Shown here: one piece after another, positions 14,401 through 28,228 of the stretch | Layout of the letters: the number at the start of each line of letters is the position of its first letter | How positions within the stretch are numbered: position 1 is the stretch's first letter | NCBI GenBank assembly: GCA_958009085.1 | Contig: OY253680.1 | Location: forward strand, 1 to 64,000 | DNA length: 64,000 bases | Direction: 5' to 3' | From: Protoeuglena noctilucae | Lineage: Eukaryota | Notes under the pieces: generated by a model | Seen by the model: the letters and a program-made list of their open reading frames with translations, nothing else | What the model was told of the DNA's origin: nothing | Databases searched by the model: none | Translations under genes and position numbers: made by a program

Positions 14401-17197
14401 AGTGATAGGGATGGGGTGTGTGATGAGAGGGGGTTGGATGCGTGCCCTTCTCTGTCCCATCGCCGACAATCGCCAAGGGGAGACACCAAATAGCACATGT
14501 GTATCACCCTCACTTACTCACCCTCACCCACTCACCCAATCCCCACCCCCCCCACCCCCCCAGTCCCACCGCCACTTAGCAGCCGACTACCGCAAGGGCG
14601 AGGACACGATGGACGTGTGGTTCGACTCCGGCTCATCCTGGGCGGGGGTGCTGTCCGCCAGAGACAATCTGACATTCCCCGCCGATCTCTATTTGGAGGG
14701 ATCGGACCAACACAGGGGGTGGTTCCAATCATCGCTACTCACGGCGGTGGCGGCGATGGGGCAGGCCCCCTATCGTGCTGTGGTGACGCACGGGTTCGTT
14801 CTGGATGAGAAGGGGATGAAGATGTCAAAGTCGCTGGGGAACACGGTGGATCCGCGGGCGGTGATTGAGGGGGGCAGGGACGAGAAGAAAGAGCCGGCGT
14901 ACGGGGCGGACGTGCTGCGGTGAGGATGGAAGGGGGAAGAGTGCTGTGGATTGGACGACCGACGTGATGACTGAGATTGACATTCCACATTAACTAATAA
15001 CATAAGATACCAACTCATTCAAATACCACCCTTTCCACCCCCAGCCTGTGGGTCTCGTCGGTGGACTACACCAGCGACGTGATGATTGGCCCGGGCATCC
15101 TGCGGCAGGTGTTTGACGTGTACCGCAAAGTGCGCACCACCGTGCGGTTCCTGCTGGGCACGATCAGGCGAGGGATGGGGGGTGGGCGAGGTTGTTGCCA
15201 TCGATATATATGGATAGTATTGGTATGCTACTCATAAAGCGTAGTACTGGTGATGACCATGACGCCACTCTTCCACCCCCAGTGACTTCGACCCCCTCGT
15301 CCACTCCGCTCCCCTCTCCGACATTGCATACACACCAACACTATTAAGTAGTGATAGCTAATAATAACAATAAGCACATAACCACTCCCCCACCCATTCC
15401 CACCCCGCAGTGACTTCGACCCCCTCGTCCACTCCGTGCCCCTCCACTCCCTCCCCCCCCTGGACCGCCACGCCCTGGCGCTCCACTGGCGTTTCATGCG
15501 GCGTGCCAGAGACGCCTATTCGTCGTATCAGTTCGTCAAAGTGTACCAGGGACTGCAATCGTGGTGCAGTGCGGACCTGAGTAACTTCTATCTCGATGTG
15601 GTGAAGGATCGGCTGTACCTGGAGGGGAGGGACGCTGTGGGGAGGAGGGCCTGCCAGACGACGCTGGTGAGTGGGGGGGGGGGTTGAGGGGTGGGGGTTG
15701 GTGGAGGTGATGTGGGGGGAATGGTGATGTGGGGGTGGCATGGGTGGTGGTGGGGGTTGTAGTGGGGGTGGTAGAGAGGGTGGGAGTGGGGCTAAGGGTG
15801 GTGATATAAGTGGTAGTGGGGTTGGTAGTAGGGGTGGTAGTGGGGGTGGGGGTAAGGGTAGCAACGCTGCTGTGTGACTCTGCCATCAGTCGCCACTCAT
15901 CCCTCCCCCCCTCTCCACTCCTCCAGTACCACATCACGCGCGGCCTGCTGTCTGCCGTGGCGCCCATCCTGCCCCACCTGGCCGAGGACGCCTGGCAGAG
16001 CATGGGGCTGGCCAGGGGGGAGGTGAGGGGCAGTGGGATGGGTGATGATGATGAGAGAGGTCGTGTCCGGTGTCACGGCATGTCGCACATTGCAGAGCGT
16101 GTGATGTTCACCCCACATCCATCAAGCTCTCTTGTAATACACAGACACGTAGATATACCCAACTTATCCCCACCCCTCCCCACCCCCTAGGAGGACCCCG
16201 ACTCGGTGTTTCTGGCGGGGTGGCCAGCCGAGCCAGAAACGCCCGAGAGTGCGCCAGAATCCGGCATCGCCGATCTCGACGTGGCGTTCGTGGCGGTTCG
16301 CGGAGTGAGGGACGTGGCTAACAGGGCATTGGAGCAAGCGCGGAGGGACAAGGTGGTGGGGTCATCACTCGACGCGCAGGCGAGGGGTGGTGGTGTTGTT
16401 GGATGGGATGAGATAAAGTGAGTGCGACGAGCTGGTGGGGGCTTACTGACAGTACTGGCTGGCTCATTGTCAACAATCTAATCTATCAACAGCCCCAGCT
16501 CCCTTCCACGCCCCCTCCTGTCCCCCTCACACATCGTCATTCACAACACTGCCACTCCCAGTCCATTCAAACCAACTTTACACCTCACCCTCACATCCAT
16601 CCTTCTTCTCCCTCACAGCTCTCTGTGTTTTTCGAGGACCCCAATGCCCGCGCCATTCACAACGTTAGACATTCCCACTCTATTTAAACCATTTCAACAA
16701 CCCAACACCCTCACATCACCTCCCCCCTCGCAGCTCTCGGTGTTAGTCGAGGACCCCCCCTCCCGCGCCATTCTGGCGTCGGCGCTGCCAGAGTCGCTGG
16801 ACGGCGTGGGGGGCAGCCTGCGCAAGGTCTGCATCGTGTCCCAGGCGGCACTGGTGGACGCGATTCCCACTCAAATGGCGTTTGTGGAGGAGGGGCAGGT
16901 GGAGGGGCTGGGGAGGGTGGTGGTGGGGGTGGGGAGGGCTGAGGGGGCCAAGTGCGAGAGGTGCTGGGTGTATGACGTCAAGGTAAGGGGTGGCGGTGGG
17001 GTGCAGCTGGTGTTGTGTATGCGCAGCTCGTGTCTTGAACTATCACCGTCCCAAGCATTGATACAGAACTGTCCTTCCCTCTCTCTACCCCTCAGGTGGG
17101 TTCCTTCTCTGACCACCCCACGCTGTGCCCACGCTGCCATGGGGTGGTGACGAGGGGGCTGGTCAAGGATAAGGTCGCAGCGACGAACGCGGCGTGA
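11485..17197 (+). CDS. ileS: Organellar (bacterial-type) isoleucyl-tRNA synthetase
   Basis: [73 protein letters not shown] and C-terminal CERCW...CPRC zinc finger. The Ala/Arg/Pro-rich N-terminus ending VATRA resembles a transit peptide. About 13 exons; start codon inferred. Confidence 0.96.
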
Positions 17198-18320
17198 AGT
17201 GGTGGGGGTAGTGGGGTTGATGGGGTTGGTGGGGGGTGTTGGGGGATGGTGGTGTGGGGTAGCGGGGGTGCGAGTGCGGGTGGGGAGGTGGTGTTGGTGG
17301 TGATGTGAGTGGGATGGGGGTGGTAGCGGTGGTGGCGGAGTGCGGGGTGTTGCGCCGCATGTGGCGCGTGCCTGCTATGGTGTTGAAGCGAGTGCAGCGA
17401 GTGGGGAGCGTGCAGCCATAGACATGCGTGCCGTGAGCCATAAACAGACTCTCATTTGCACAGACGAGACGCCACATCATTAAGATTCCCTTCACAGCAG
17501 CATATGGCCCATGACGGGCCATATGGGCTTTTAGACGGCCCATATGAAACGCATCGCAATCATGACAACCACAGTGAAAACAACAGCAACCGGGCTTGTT
17601 TGGCCTATTGACTGCTCCGGCGTCGTCCCGCCTCTCCTATTGCGGACCTAGCGTGCACGTGTATAAGCCATGCCATACCAACCATCGCATCCCAAAGCGA
17701 GCTGGGCTATGGGTGGGACTATGGATGGGGCTTCCTGAGCGGCACTTTTAGAGAGAGGAAAGGGCCTGAGGCGGACTGCTTTCGTGAATAGCGGGGCGCG
17801 ATTGGGTGGCGCGGGCAGGGTCACGGGAACGGACGGCGAGGGGGGTGAAACCACGAAGGGCGAAAGGGGTGCGAGCGGGGGGCTGTGTCGATGGGGCTGT
17901 CGAGGGGTTGTTGTGAGGGGTTGTCGAGGGATCGTTGTTGTGAGGGATTGTTGTTGAGGGATTGGTGTGGGGACAGAGACGGGAGGGGGGGTGTCTGAAA
18001 TCGCTGGGTTGGGACCAGAGGGGGGGAAGAGCCATCACAGCCCGGTTGGGAGGGGCTGGGGCGGGGCATGGGGGCGGGGGCGTGGCTCATGCCGATGCGC
18101 GTGTGCCGCACATCGCATCACAGCACGTCGCCACGCACGCACATCGCATCACAGCCCACCGCCACGCACGCGCATCATGCTGCGCAACCGTCACGCCATC
18201 GCAACCCCCCCCCCCCCCCATGCGCATGCACGCTGTGCAATCGTCACGCCCCCCCCTCCATGAGCCTCCTCGCCACAGCACGCAGCCACAGCCCATTGCA
18301 ACGCACGCATGTCATGCCCA

Positions 18321-21300
18321 TCACGCCCCCCCCTCCATGAGCCTCCTGGCCACCACGGCGCTGCCATTGCCGGGGCCGTTGCGGATCTTCAGATCCTGGA
18401 TCTCCGCCTCCAGGTCACCTGGGGAGAGGGGAGTGGGGGGGAGTGGGGGTGTGTTTGGGGGTGTGGGTTGTGAATGTGTTTGGGGGGGGGGGTGGGTGGG
18501 AGCGCCGCTGTTGCTGTTCTGCCATTGTCGCTGTCACTGCCGCTGTTGCTATCCACCATGCTGTCCCTCCCACCACTCACCCACGTCGTCTGGCTTCTTG
18601 CGTGCGAATGCCCCCTTGATGCGAGACATCAGGCCGCCCTTCTTGCGGGGCTCCTCGGAGATGGGGGGCTGGGGGGGGGGAGGATGAGATGTTGTTGATT
18701 GTTGTTACAGTGAGGGGTAGAGAGGGGCTGGGTGGGAAGTCACTTGTGTCGTTACATCACTGCCGCTGCCGATGCGCACCCCCGCAACAATAACACAACA
18801 GACACCACCATCACCACCACCCCATCTCTCCACATCTACCCCCACAACCACCCCCCACAGCCAACTCCCACCTGCGTGGTGACCGCCGCCAGCCTGGACG
18901 TCCTGGCCGGCGCGTCCATGGCCGCCACGCCCGCGTTGCCCACCGAGAAGGACCCCGGGCGGAGCATGGCGCCCACCTGGCGCACGGCGGCGGGGATCAC
19001 GGGGGCCGCCTGGGGGGGGGGGTGGTATGGGAGGTGGTATGGGTGGCAGTGGGGGTGATGGTGGTGGTATGGGTGGCAGTTGGAGTGGCAGTGAACACAA
19101 TGGTGCAATCATCTGCGTGTTTATTCATATCCACCCCCAAACCTGTACCCCTACTTATCTCCAACCCACCCACTTAACACTCACCGCATGGGTCGTCTGC
19201 GTGGCGGACCCCTCGTCGCGGTTGACAGCCGTGGAGAAGGACTGAGGGCGGGATGGCATGGCCTGGGGGGCGGTGACGGAGGTGACGCGGCCGGGGTTGG
19301 CCTTCCTGGGAGTGAGGGGGGGGGGGGGTGGGAGGGGTGGGCGTCAGCGAGGGGTGGTGGTGTGGTGAGGGTGGGGGTGAGGGTGTTGTGGTGGTGTGAG
19401 GGGGGGAGGTGAGGGTAGTGAGAGTACAGAGCTCGCTCCGCACACCCATTCACAACCCCCACCGCGCGCCACCCCACCAGTGCGCCACCCCACTCCACCC
19501 TCCCCATCCAATGTAAACACCAACCTCCCCATCCCCCCCCACCTGTGCGCCATGTCCTGCTGCGCGAGCATCTCCGGCGTGAAGGAGAGATTCGATCTCT
19601 CGACCCCCGCGGGCTCAGGCACATCAGCCGGAGCAGCAGCGGTGGCGGTCGGGTGCACGCGGGCCCAGTCGGCCGCGTCCGCGTTCGCCGCGATCCACGG
19701 GTGCGCCAGCAGCCACTCCATGTCGGGCCTCTTGGCGGCGGACTTGGTGAGCACCCGCGTCATGAAGTCGACCGCGGCCGAGGACAGCCAGGGTGGGTAC
19801 TTGGGCTGCTGCGTCATGATGGCCTGCGACACCTGCTGCCGGTTCTGGCCGCGGAAGGGCGGGCGGCCCGTTAAGAGCTCGTAGGCGAGAACGCCTGGGG
19901 GTGGAAGTGCGGGAGGGGGTGGGTGAGAGAGAGTGGGGTGAGAGAGGGTGCTAACATCACAGTGCGCGCGAGATGCGGGCAGCGGTGCCATTCATCCGAC
20001 CCAATTCCATCTGATCGCTCATTATATTTCGCTCACCCGTGGCCCAGCAGTCGACGTTGGCGGTGTAGGTGGCCACGGGGTCGTCCTTGAAGTCCTCGGG
20101 GCGGTCCTTGGTGTGGCAGAGCAGGATCTCTGCGGGCCGAGGAGTCGAGAGAGGGACGCGAGGTGTTTTATTATCGATAATTAACATCGATATATGTATT
20201 ATAAGATACAACGCCGGTGCACAGGCTCCGGAATGGGCCTCCCAAACTGCCGTGTTGTCGTAAGTAACTCCGCTGCGCTGTGCAGTCGCAGCCTCACCGG
20301 GCGCCATGAAGTCGAGCGTCCCGACGCGCGTGACGGGCCGCTCGTCGTGGAAGGAGATCGCGAGGCCGAAGTCCCCCAGCTTGGGCACGCCCGTCCGCGT
20401 AATAAAGATGTTCTCGGGCTTGAGGTCGCTGCGGGGATCGGGAGCCGCCGATCGCGCGCGCGATTGGTGGAAAATGCAACAAAGATACCCATTCCTCAAA
20501 AATGCCCCCGCAGCGGACGCCGGTGAGCAACTTATGACCCAAATGCAAACAGCAGCGACAAAAGCGTCCCCGCTGCACTCGCCGGTGGATGATGCCGTTG
20601 TCGTGGAGGTACTTGAGGGCCTCCATGACGGGCAGCATGATCTGCACGACGTCCTTCTCGGTCAACTGGCCCTTCTTGTTCCGCAGCGTGACGAAGAGGT
20701 CGCCCTTGGCCGCCAGCTCCTGGACCAGGTAGTACGCGCTCGCGTCCTCGAACGCGGCGTAGAGATCGATCACGTTCGGATGCACCTGGAGACGTGGAGG
20801 AGCGCGCGGTCGGCGCGGCGAAACGCGCGGAGGGGCGGAGCACGCACATCCCCGCCCTCCTCACCAGCGCCGCGTGCATGGCGACCTCTCGGCGAACTTG
20901 GAAGTCATTCAGCTTGGACAAACGGCTCTTCTTGTACGCCTTGATGGCCACGGGCGTGCGCGTCGTCTTGCAGAAGGCATGGCACACGATGGACGCGTAG
21001 CCCTCTCCCAAGTTCTTCCACATCTGCGCGAGAGGGGCGTCGGGGAACGGAGATTCCTACCGGCCACGAACACTCGCAGCGACGGGCCGCGGGAGGCAGG
21101 GGAGGGCCGCGCGCGGGCGCACCTGAAAATCATCGATGCTCCACTGCCCGTCCGCGTGGCTGGCCTTGATATCTTCCGGGCAACAGGCTGCGAGCGAAAC
21201 GACACCAAAGGTCAGCGCCGAGGGGCGGCGAGAGGATCCCCGCTCGGGCCCCTCAGAGACCGCGGGGCCTTTGCGTGCGCCAAACGCCTGGGCCCCACGA

Positions 21301-21528
21301 GTCTGCGCGGATGGGGGGCGCCTCGGCCCACAGACGCGGCGCGAGTCCATCGGAACGCTTCTAATCTCCGATATAAGGCCGCGACGGAGCCCTGCGGCCC
21401 CCCCGCGGCTCACCTGTCACCACCAGAAGGCGCGAGCGGTGCGTGTCGAAAAACCCCGCCGGCGCCGCCTCAATCGGGGGAAACTCCTGCTGTTCGCGGG
21501 GCTTGAATCCCCTTTCCCTCCGCAGCAT
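18321..21528 (-). CDS. Aurora-like Ser/Thr kinase (CALK-like)
   Basis: WSIDDFQ, LGEGYAS, VAIKAY, QVRREV, HPNVIDLYAAFED, HRDLKPENI, DFG, GTLDFMAPE, VDCWATGVLAYELLTGRPPF, HPW, plus a low-complexity C-terminal tail ending TGA at 18321-18323. First exon 21528-21414 splices in frame. Confidence 0.88.
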
Positions 21529-21888
21529 GGCCTCCTCCTCCCGCCGCGCTTTCCGCGATGCGGTACACCAATGCCCCCGCGGTCACGCCGTGGACCCAGC
21601 TCCCAGCGCGCTCCACGGCCCGCACACAGCCAGCGCGTGAAACGCCTTTCGGAACTACCCCACGCTACCCTTGGAATTCCGTGCTAGCCCAGTTGGGCTC
21701 GGGCGTTCAAGAAAGCGGGCGAACGCTGCGTTTGGCACACGTCACGGCGGGCAGCCGGGCCCAAATCGCTACAGACTGCAAAAAACCGAAAAACGAGCTC
21801 ACATAGCCGAGGCGTGAACCCCCCGGTCGGGCGAAAAGATCTCCGCCGGGTTCTACCCCGATGTGGCATACCCACTGCCAGCGACAAC

Positions 21889-24179
21889 CTATCGCGGCCC
21901 GTCCCCCACCAGCTCCCCGAGGATCGGCGCGGCCGCGGCCGCCACGCTCCCGGGGTCGTCGGGCGCCGAGGAGCGGCCGGGCGCGTCCCCCGACCCCCCC
22001 GCCTGCGCGCCGTCCGCCAGCAGCGGCATGGACGCGACTTTCCCACTCTGGGAAGGTCCGAGCGCTCCCCGGAGGCCGGGAGCGGAGGCGATGCGGCGGA
22101 CGGCGATCGCTGCGAGCTCCCGCGTGGAGGGGACATGGCGTATGGACCCGTCCTCGACGCCCGCGTTGCCCAGCACGAAATCCAACACGTTGAGGTACTT
22201 GGCGCGGAAGACGTCGCGGTGGCGCCCGCAGTGGCCGGAGTAGCACTGCAGGATGGCCCCGGCCGCGAGCGCGAAGGCGACCACGTCGGCGCGCGTACGC
22301 AAAACCCATCGCGGGATGGCGCCGATGCGATCGAGGACGAGCGCGAGGGACTCGGATGCGCGCGCCACGGCGTAGATGGTCAGCTCCATGCGTCGCGATG
22401 GCTTCTCGAGCAGAAGGGACAGGCCGGCGACCCACGCGGACCCGGCGATGCCTGGGGGCAAGCGAGGGAGGCAACAGGGTGGGGGGGGGGGGGGGGGGGG
22501 GGGGGGTAGCAACACAGACAGCACAGCAAGGGGTGGCAGCACAGATACAGCACAGCATGTAGGTGGCAAGACGTGTCGGGGGCGAGAGAGCCAGGGGTGG
22601 CAACGCACCGCGACAGGATGCTCCTCCACTCACCTGGCCCCGAGATGCCGGCCACCCGCCACCCCGCGCACCCCCCCGCCCACGCGAGCCCGAACAGCGC
22701 CCCCATGAACGCCGCCGACCGCACGGCCCCCAGCAGCGCCTTGCTGAGGACCGACTTCGCGTGCGAGAGGTTGAAGAGCTTGGTGCGGTGCACGAGCACG
22801 GCCGGGACGAGGTACACGGGGAGGTAGACGGGGAGTGCGCGCGCGAACGCCCCCGGCACCTCTGCCACGGCATGAGCGAGGCAGTGGTGGCGGGGGCAGG
22901 GCGCAGACCCGGGTCCGAGGAAGTCGCAGGGCAGGCGGACGGGCGTGGGGGCGTGGGGGGTGTCGCGGAGGGCGCGGAGGGGGCCGCGGTAGGGGCGGCG
23001 GGAGCGGGCGTTGCGGTTACATAGCTCCTGAATGCCGTCCAGCACCCACATGGGCTTGCCACTCTGCGGGAACGAGAGGAATGGGGCATTGTGTACGGAT
23101 ACATATAGTGAACATATAGTGAACCGTGGATCAATACCAACAAGGTGACATGGGCGCCCCGCCCTTGCATGGCCAAAGACACGTGCGTCACGGTGCGTCA
23201 TGGCTCGCATTCCCATCGTCGCACGCCCATCACCTGTCGCGCCAGGAAGTGGACGTAGCTGCGCGGGAGCGTGTCCGGCATGACGAAGAAGGAGTAGAGG
23301 ACCTGGGCGACGGCGGCGCTGAAGGCGACCACGTCCGAGTGCGGGAGGCGGGAGGGGGAGAGGAGGGCACGCAACCAGGCGGGGCTGCTGGCCTTGTTGC
23401 CGACGCGCAACTGGGAAGGGGCGGAGGGGTGGATGGGACGAGATGGGGTGGGGAAGTGGGGCGGTGCATGGCGCTGCGACAAGCGTGGCAAGTCATCAGG
23501 AGCATGGGATGTGATGGCGAAGACAGCGTGAGGATGCCATGGCAACACTGGCGATGCGGTGTGCAGCGAGGCGTGGCGGCTCACCATGAGCGCGGCGGCG
23601 CGGACGAGAAGGTAGGTGGCGAGGCTGCTGTGGGGGCGGGGGCCGGCGATGAGCAGCGAGGGACCCGCGCACAATCCCGCTGCAAAGGCGCGCCAGGGCG
23701 CGGAGGCGTCGCGACCCACGAAATGCGCGATGGCTTCGTCGGCGCCAACCGCCACGCCGCCAAACGTGCCCAGGAAAGCGCCGAAGCGAAGCGAGTCGCG
23801 GGCCATGGAGGAGAGGAGGCCCTGCGGAGAGGCCGCATAATTGCAATGAACACCCGACAAGTAACAGCGTCATTATGAAATCGGACTTTCGGCAGACCCA
23901 GGAGTTAGAGACGTTGCAGCTGCTCACCGCGGTCAGCTTGGACGCGCGCGCCCGCACGAGGGACAGCGCGAGAGAGAGAATATTGAGCCCGCCGCGGATC
24001 CCCAGCCCGACGAGGAATCCGCGGACGATGGCGTCGAAAAGACGCTGCAGGACGCGGCGCAGGCCCTCCGGCACGCTCTGGAGGATCCACGACAACGCGC
24101 CATCGATGCCGCGGCCGCTGGTGGAAGCCTCGGTCGAATCCGACGTCCCCGCGATCGAACGATCCTTCCCACCGTCCAT
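21889..24179 (-). CDS. TMEM135-like (Tim17-superfamily) membrane protein
   Basis: Hydrophobic segments LRFGAFLGTFGG, AFAAGLCAGPSLL, LPRSYVHFL, PC...HC, F.RALPVYLPVYLVP, LLLEKPSRRMELTIY. This pattern is typical of the TMEM135 family (recalled, not searched). 5 exons. Confidence 0.8.
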
Positions 24180-24472
24180 GCTTTTGCCGATGCGCACCCG
24201 TGACGAGGACGCAGTCCCCCGCTCGCGTCCCTGCGGCCCGCCCAGCCCGCAGAAAGCCTCGTTACGCGGAAGCGGTCACTGAGTAATGCACGAGAGAGCC
24301 GCGGATCAAAAGGGCATCGTGGCTGCGGTGAAACTGCCTGGCAATTTCACTGGCACGGAGGTCTGGGAGCGAGCGCAGCGGAAGCAAGAGCGGCGTGTGA
24401 CCTCTCGCATCACTTCAGCGACATCAAGCAAATCGCAGAGTTGCTCGCTGGTGGCACGGAAGGGCTCGCGCG

Positions 24473-25326
24473 ATGGGATTTGCGGTGTTTGGGTTTGGCT
24501 CCATCATCTTCCGTCCCAACTTCGAGTACACGCGTCGCTTCGACGGCTACGTCCGCGACTGGGTCCGCGTCTTCTGGCAGGGCTCCACAGGCACGCGCAG
24601 GCTGCCGCTGAGGCGCTGGCTGTCGCTGTTGGCTGAGCATCCGCCCGTGAGCCCCACCGGCGTCGTTATAGAGCACACCTCGTCGCATCTGTGCCATTGC
24701 AGATCACCGGGGCGTGCCCGGCGCCCCCGGCCGTACGGCAACGCTCGCTTCGTCCCCCGGTGGCGTCTGCTGGGGCACGTGCTTCGTTGTGGAAGCCTCC
24801 GCGGAGCGCGAGGCGGAGATCCTCGCCGAGCTCGAGTGGCGCGAGAAGCAGTATGACCGACGCGAGTATCTGGACGTGTACGTGCCCGGGCAGGACGAGC
24901 CTGCGTGGCGGGGGGCGCTGACCTACATCGCGACGTGAGTGGGGGCCCCGGCAGGCGCTGTGCGCGATATGAGCGCCACCGATTCTTTACATTCCCTCAT
25001 CGCTCGTCAGGGATTCGCCGAGAAACGTGAACTATCTGGGCCCCGCCCCGCTCGGGGCGATTGCCGCGCAAATCGCGCGCAGCGTGGGCCCCTCCGGCCC
25101 CAACTGGGAGTACCTTCTTCGCCTGGTGTCGTACTTACGCGAGATGGGTCTCACGAAGGCAGACGACGAGCACTGTTTCGCTCTGGAGGAGTTGGTGGTG
25201 GCGGAGATGCGGGCGCTGGGCATGACAGCGGCGCTCGAGACCATCGCAGCGGGGATGGTAGCGGCGGCGGCGACGGCGCGGGCGCTGCCGGAGTCGACGG
25301 ACGGCGGTGGGGAGGCGGCAGCGTGA
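24473..25326 (+). CDS. ChaC-family glutathione-specific gamma-glutamylcyclotransferase
   Basis: VFGFGSIIF, RVFWQGSTDHRG (split by GC-AG intron 24591-24702), PGRTATL, LEWREKQY, NYLGPAP, IARSVGPSGPNWEYL. Confidence 0.93.
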
Positions 25327-25436
25327 TGGGGTGTGTTAATTCTCTTGATGCGAACGTTTGATTGAATGCGCCGGCATGCATGCTAGGTCAACTCGCCAGC
25401 TAAGATCGAGCTACCAACGCAACAATAGCTCTGGGC

Positions 25437-25560
25437 AGCCCCTCATCCCTCTCCTTGCCCCTCGCTGTGCCTTGTGTGCAAGTCGCCCCTCACACCAATC
25501 TCCACGTCCCCACGCTCCCTCGCAGCTGCCCTGCCAATGCAACGCTTTCTCCCCCATGCG
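25437..25560. repeat. Diverged direct duplicate of the EamA gene 3' end (28224-28360)
   Basis: ctcatccct...gcccctcgctgtgcc.tg.gtgcaagtc...cccctcacacc.atctccacgtccccacgctccctc.cagctgcc is shared with 28228-28331, with substitutions and one ~15-bp indel. Confidence 0.88.
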
Positions 25561-25649
25561 CCTCACCCACTCCCGCATCCCACCCGCTCACACCCCTCTG
25601 CCTGAATTTCGCCAGCCCCCTACTTCTCCCCCATATACTCGTGACCGGC

Positions 25650-27578
25650 TTAGGACTCACCAAAACCCTCCTCATCTTCGTCGTCTGCCACAGGGTCCCC
25701 GCCTGCCTCGTTCGCCACCTTGGTCTGCTCCACGGCTGCGCAATCAGGCGGAGTGTTTTACTTTTCTCAATAATCCCTGGAAATTACGCAAATTCAGCCT
25801 TAACAGCCCTTGTAACGATATATTATTTCACCTTAGTACTGCTAACAACATTAACATGAATGATATGTTAAATGAACTCACCTCCAGGACTTGTAGAAAA
25901 TTCTCTTTCACAATAAAAAACAATGTCTTTAAAATGCTTCAGATCGTATTTCGCACGCAGTGAGTCGTAGGCCATCCTCATGTTGCTTGCAATCTGCACA
26001 GCTTTCTCTGCAGAAAAAAAGGTACATTACATTATTGGTTGCAGAAGTCAGCCAGGGAAGAGACGCCAACTGTATTTATTGACCTCATCTTACCTCTAAT
26101 CTTCTCGTGCACCCAACAGGCCGGCCACAGCGCATCCGACTCCTCGCACTGTGTCCCGGGCGGGGGAAAGAAGGCAGTGGCCTCGAGTGGGTCGTGGTCG
26201 AACGCTACCTTGGCATCTCGCTGGTCGACTTCATTTGAAAACCTGAAAAGCTTGACGTCGGACAGCTCCACGTGCCTGTTGCCTTCCTTGGGGCACACAG
26301 TGCACACGAAATCGATGATCTCCTCGCGGTCAGCTTTGTAGTGCGGGATGTTGACCCTGCACCAGCTGAAGTCGTGGCGATAAATCGAGGAGAAGTCCTC
26401 TGGAGAAAAGTTAGCATTGCAGCCCATCACGACGGGCATCTGGTACTTGTCCGACAAGGTCGCCAGCCGCGTGCACGCTCCAGACCACAGCCTGCGGGCC
26501 CAAGGACATCGACATAGTAGATAATTTTTTAAAGTGTGTTGCAATTAATAGTAAAATAAAATTTATATATTGGTACCAACATAAGTGAATTATAAGATCA
26601 CTCACCTGTACCTTTGGGGATCAGCCAAACTGTTGTTGGCAGCGTGATAATTGACAGCGATAAAAGTCCAGGACGGGTCTTGTTTGCTCTTGCACTCGAC
26701 GACGAGCATCCTTGCCCCTGTGTCTTGCGTACCAGTCAGGGTCGAAATGTTTTCGCACAGACCTGCCCTTGTCCACCGTCTCTTGCACTTTAAATTGATG
26801 CTTGTTCACCATGTCCTGAACTACTTGGAAATCGTCCGTAATGGCCTTTGCTGCTACTGAAAAAAAGATTAAGGAAGTAATTGTAAAATCTGCTAAACAT
26901 TCAAATTATGATGTAACATACATAAGAGGTATTGATAGCTGCATGAAAGGTTCATCAACAATATATATGTTCTTTATCCCATCGCAGCTTTACTCACTCT
27001 GTGCATCCTCCTTTGCAGTCAACTCGACCAACTCTGATTCGAACCTCTCTGTCTGCACCAACATCCAGAGCTGTTTGGACTGAGTCTTTTTGCCGTCCTC
27101 ACTCAGGGCAAGCAACTTATACTCTTTAGGCAGACATTTTTCCATTGTATCCGCGGCTGAGACCTCCTGCAGCATGACAATGTCGGCGTCTCTCTGATTG
27201 ATTGCCTCCCATACCAAGTCGCGCCGGCCACTGGGTTTAGAAGGCTCGCGACCTCGTCCTGGAGGGACGCTGCCACTTGGCGTAAAATTCGTGAGCCTTG
27301 AGTTGATACTTGCAGCGGGTGTCAGGGGCGTGTTTGGGATGTCTCTGCTTGTTGCGTCTCCGTGCTCTTTTTCTTTCCCCTCGGGGCGCTTCCCGTGTTG
27401 ACGTTCATGGACAAAATCCGCCCGGTACGATATTTATCTGGATTAGTGGCATCCTGCGACCAACGTTCGCGCGGAGGTTGAGAAAGAGGCTCGCACATAT
27501 GTAAAAGACTGTCATGACCATCACCTGCGGCGCCCTTGGGGGCCCGCTCCCGCCGCCTTCGTCGCTCGCGGAAGCCAT
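25650..27578 (-). pseudogene. EEP (exonuclease/endonuclease/phosphatase) domain gene with two frame disruptions, within an AT-richer island
   Basis: Exons ~27578-27525, 27453-26998, 26856-26606, 26491-26094, 26007-25882, 25735-25650 with GT-AG introns in compatible phases. EEP motifs occur in order: RILSMNVN, DIVMLQE, FIAVNYH, PVVMGCNAN (GDxN equivalent), IIDFV, FDHDP. The frame changes once in exon 2 and once in exon 3. Confidence 0.75.
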
Positions 27579-28228
27579 GTCTTGGAATCGTTAGCTGTCC
27601 TCCGGGGCGACGGTGAGATAAGAGCGCAGTGACAGGTCAATGGTCCCACATGGTGGCCCTTGCGCTCGCGCGGTCAAGTATTGCTTACTACGTGGCCCAC
27701 CCCACAGCAATGGCTACAAAACTTCTCTAGGGAGGGCTACGGTTACACAGAAGAGGGGAGGGAGGACAAGGAGAGCGGTGTCATTTAAGCGTCGCGCATC
27801 TCCCCTACGGCCGCTCACCGGACCTCCCAATATCTTCTTCTTGAGTACCGGCCAACGATTTTAGATGAGATGCCCACGATGCTGTGTGTTAATCTTGTTT
27901 TCAGAGATTTATGAGCAAAGATAATGTTTGCCACCTGCTTTCAGTTGCTATGAGGTAAAAATATTCTCCGATTGACACAAAGACTGCGCAGCTTCAGCAT
28001 AGGGGAACCCACCAAGCAGAGGGCAAAACATGGGGCAGGGGCAATTGCCTGCCACGTAGTGCAAATTGTCGCACACGGGACTTCCTCTGTAATATTTGGA
28101 GGGCACCACAGCAGCAAAAGCAGGAGAACATGCTGAGGCTGAGGATGAGCAGCATACGGCAATGTTCAATATCGCCCCTACACAGTAGCTGCGGATATCT
28201 GAACCTGCCTATACAATTGTAAAGCCTC

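Noticed and set aside
25560..28223. Autonomous LINE or Helitron call for the EEP island
   Set aside because: No reverse transcriptase, Rep/helicase, poly(A) tail or terminal hairpin recognised, and the gene has spliceosomal introns.
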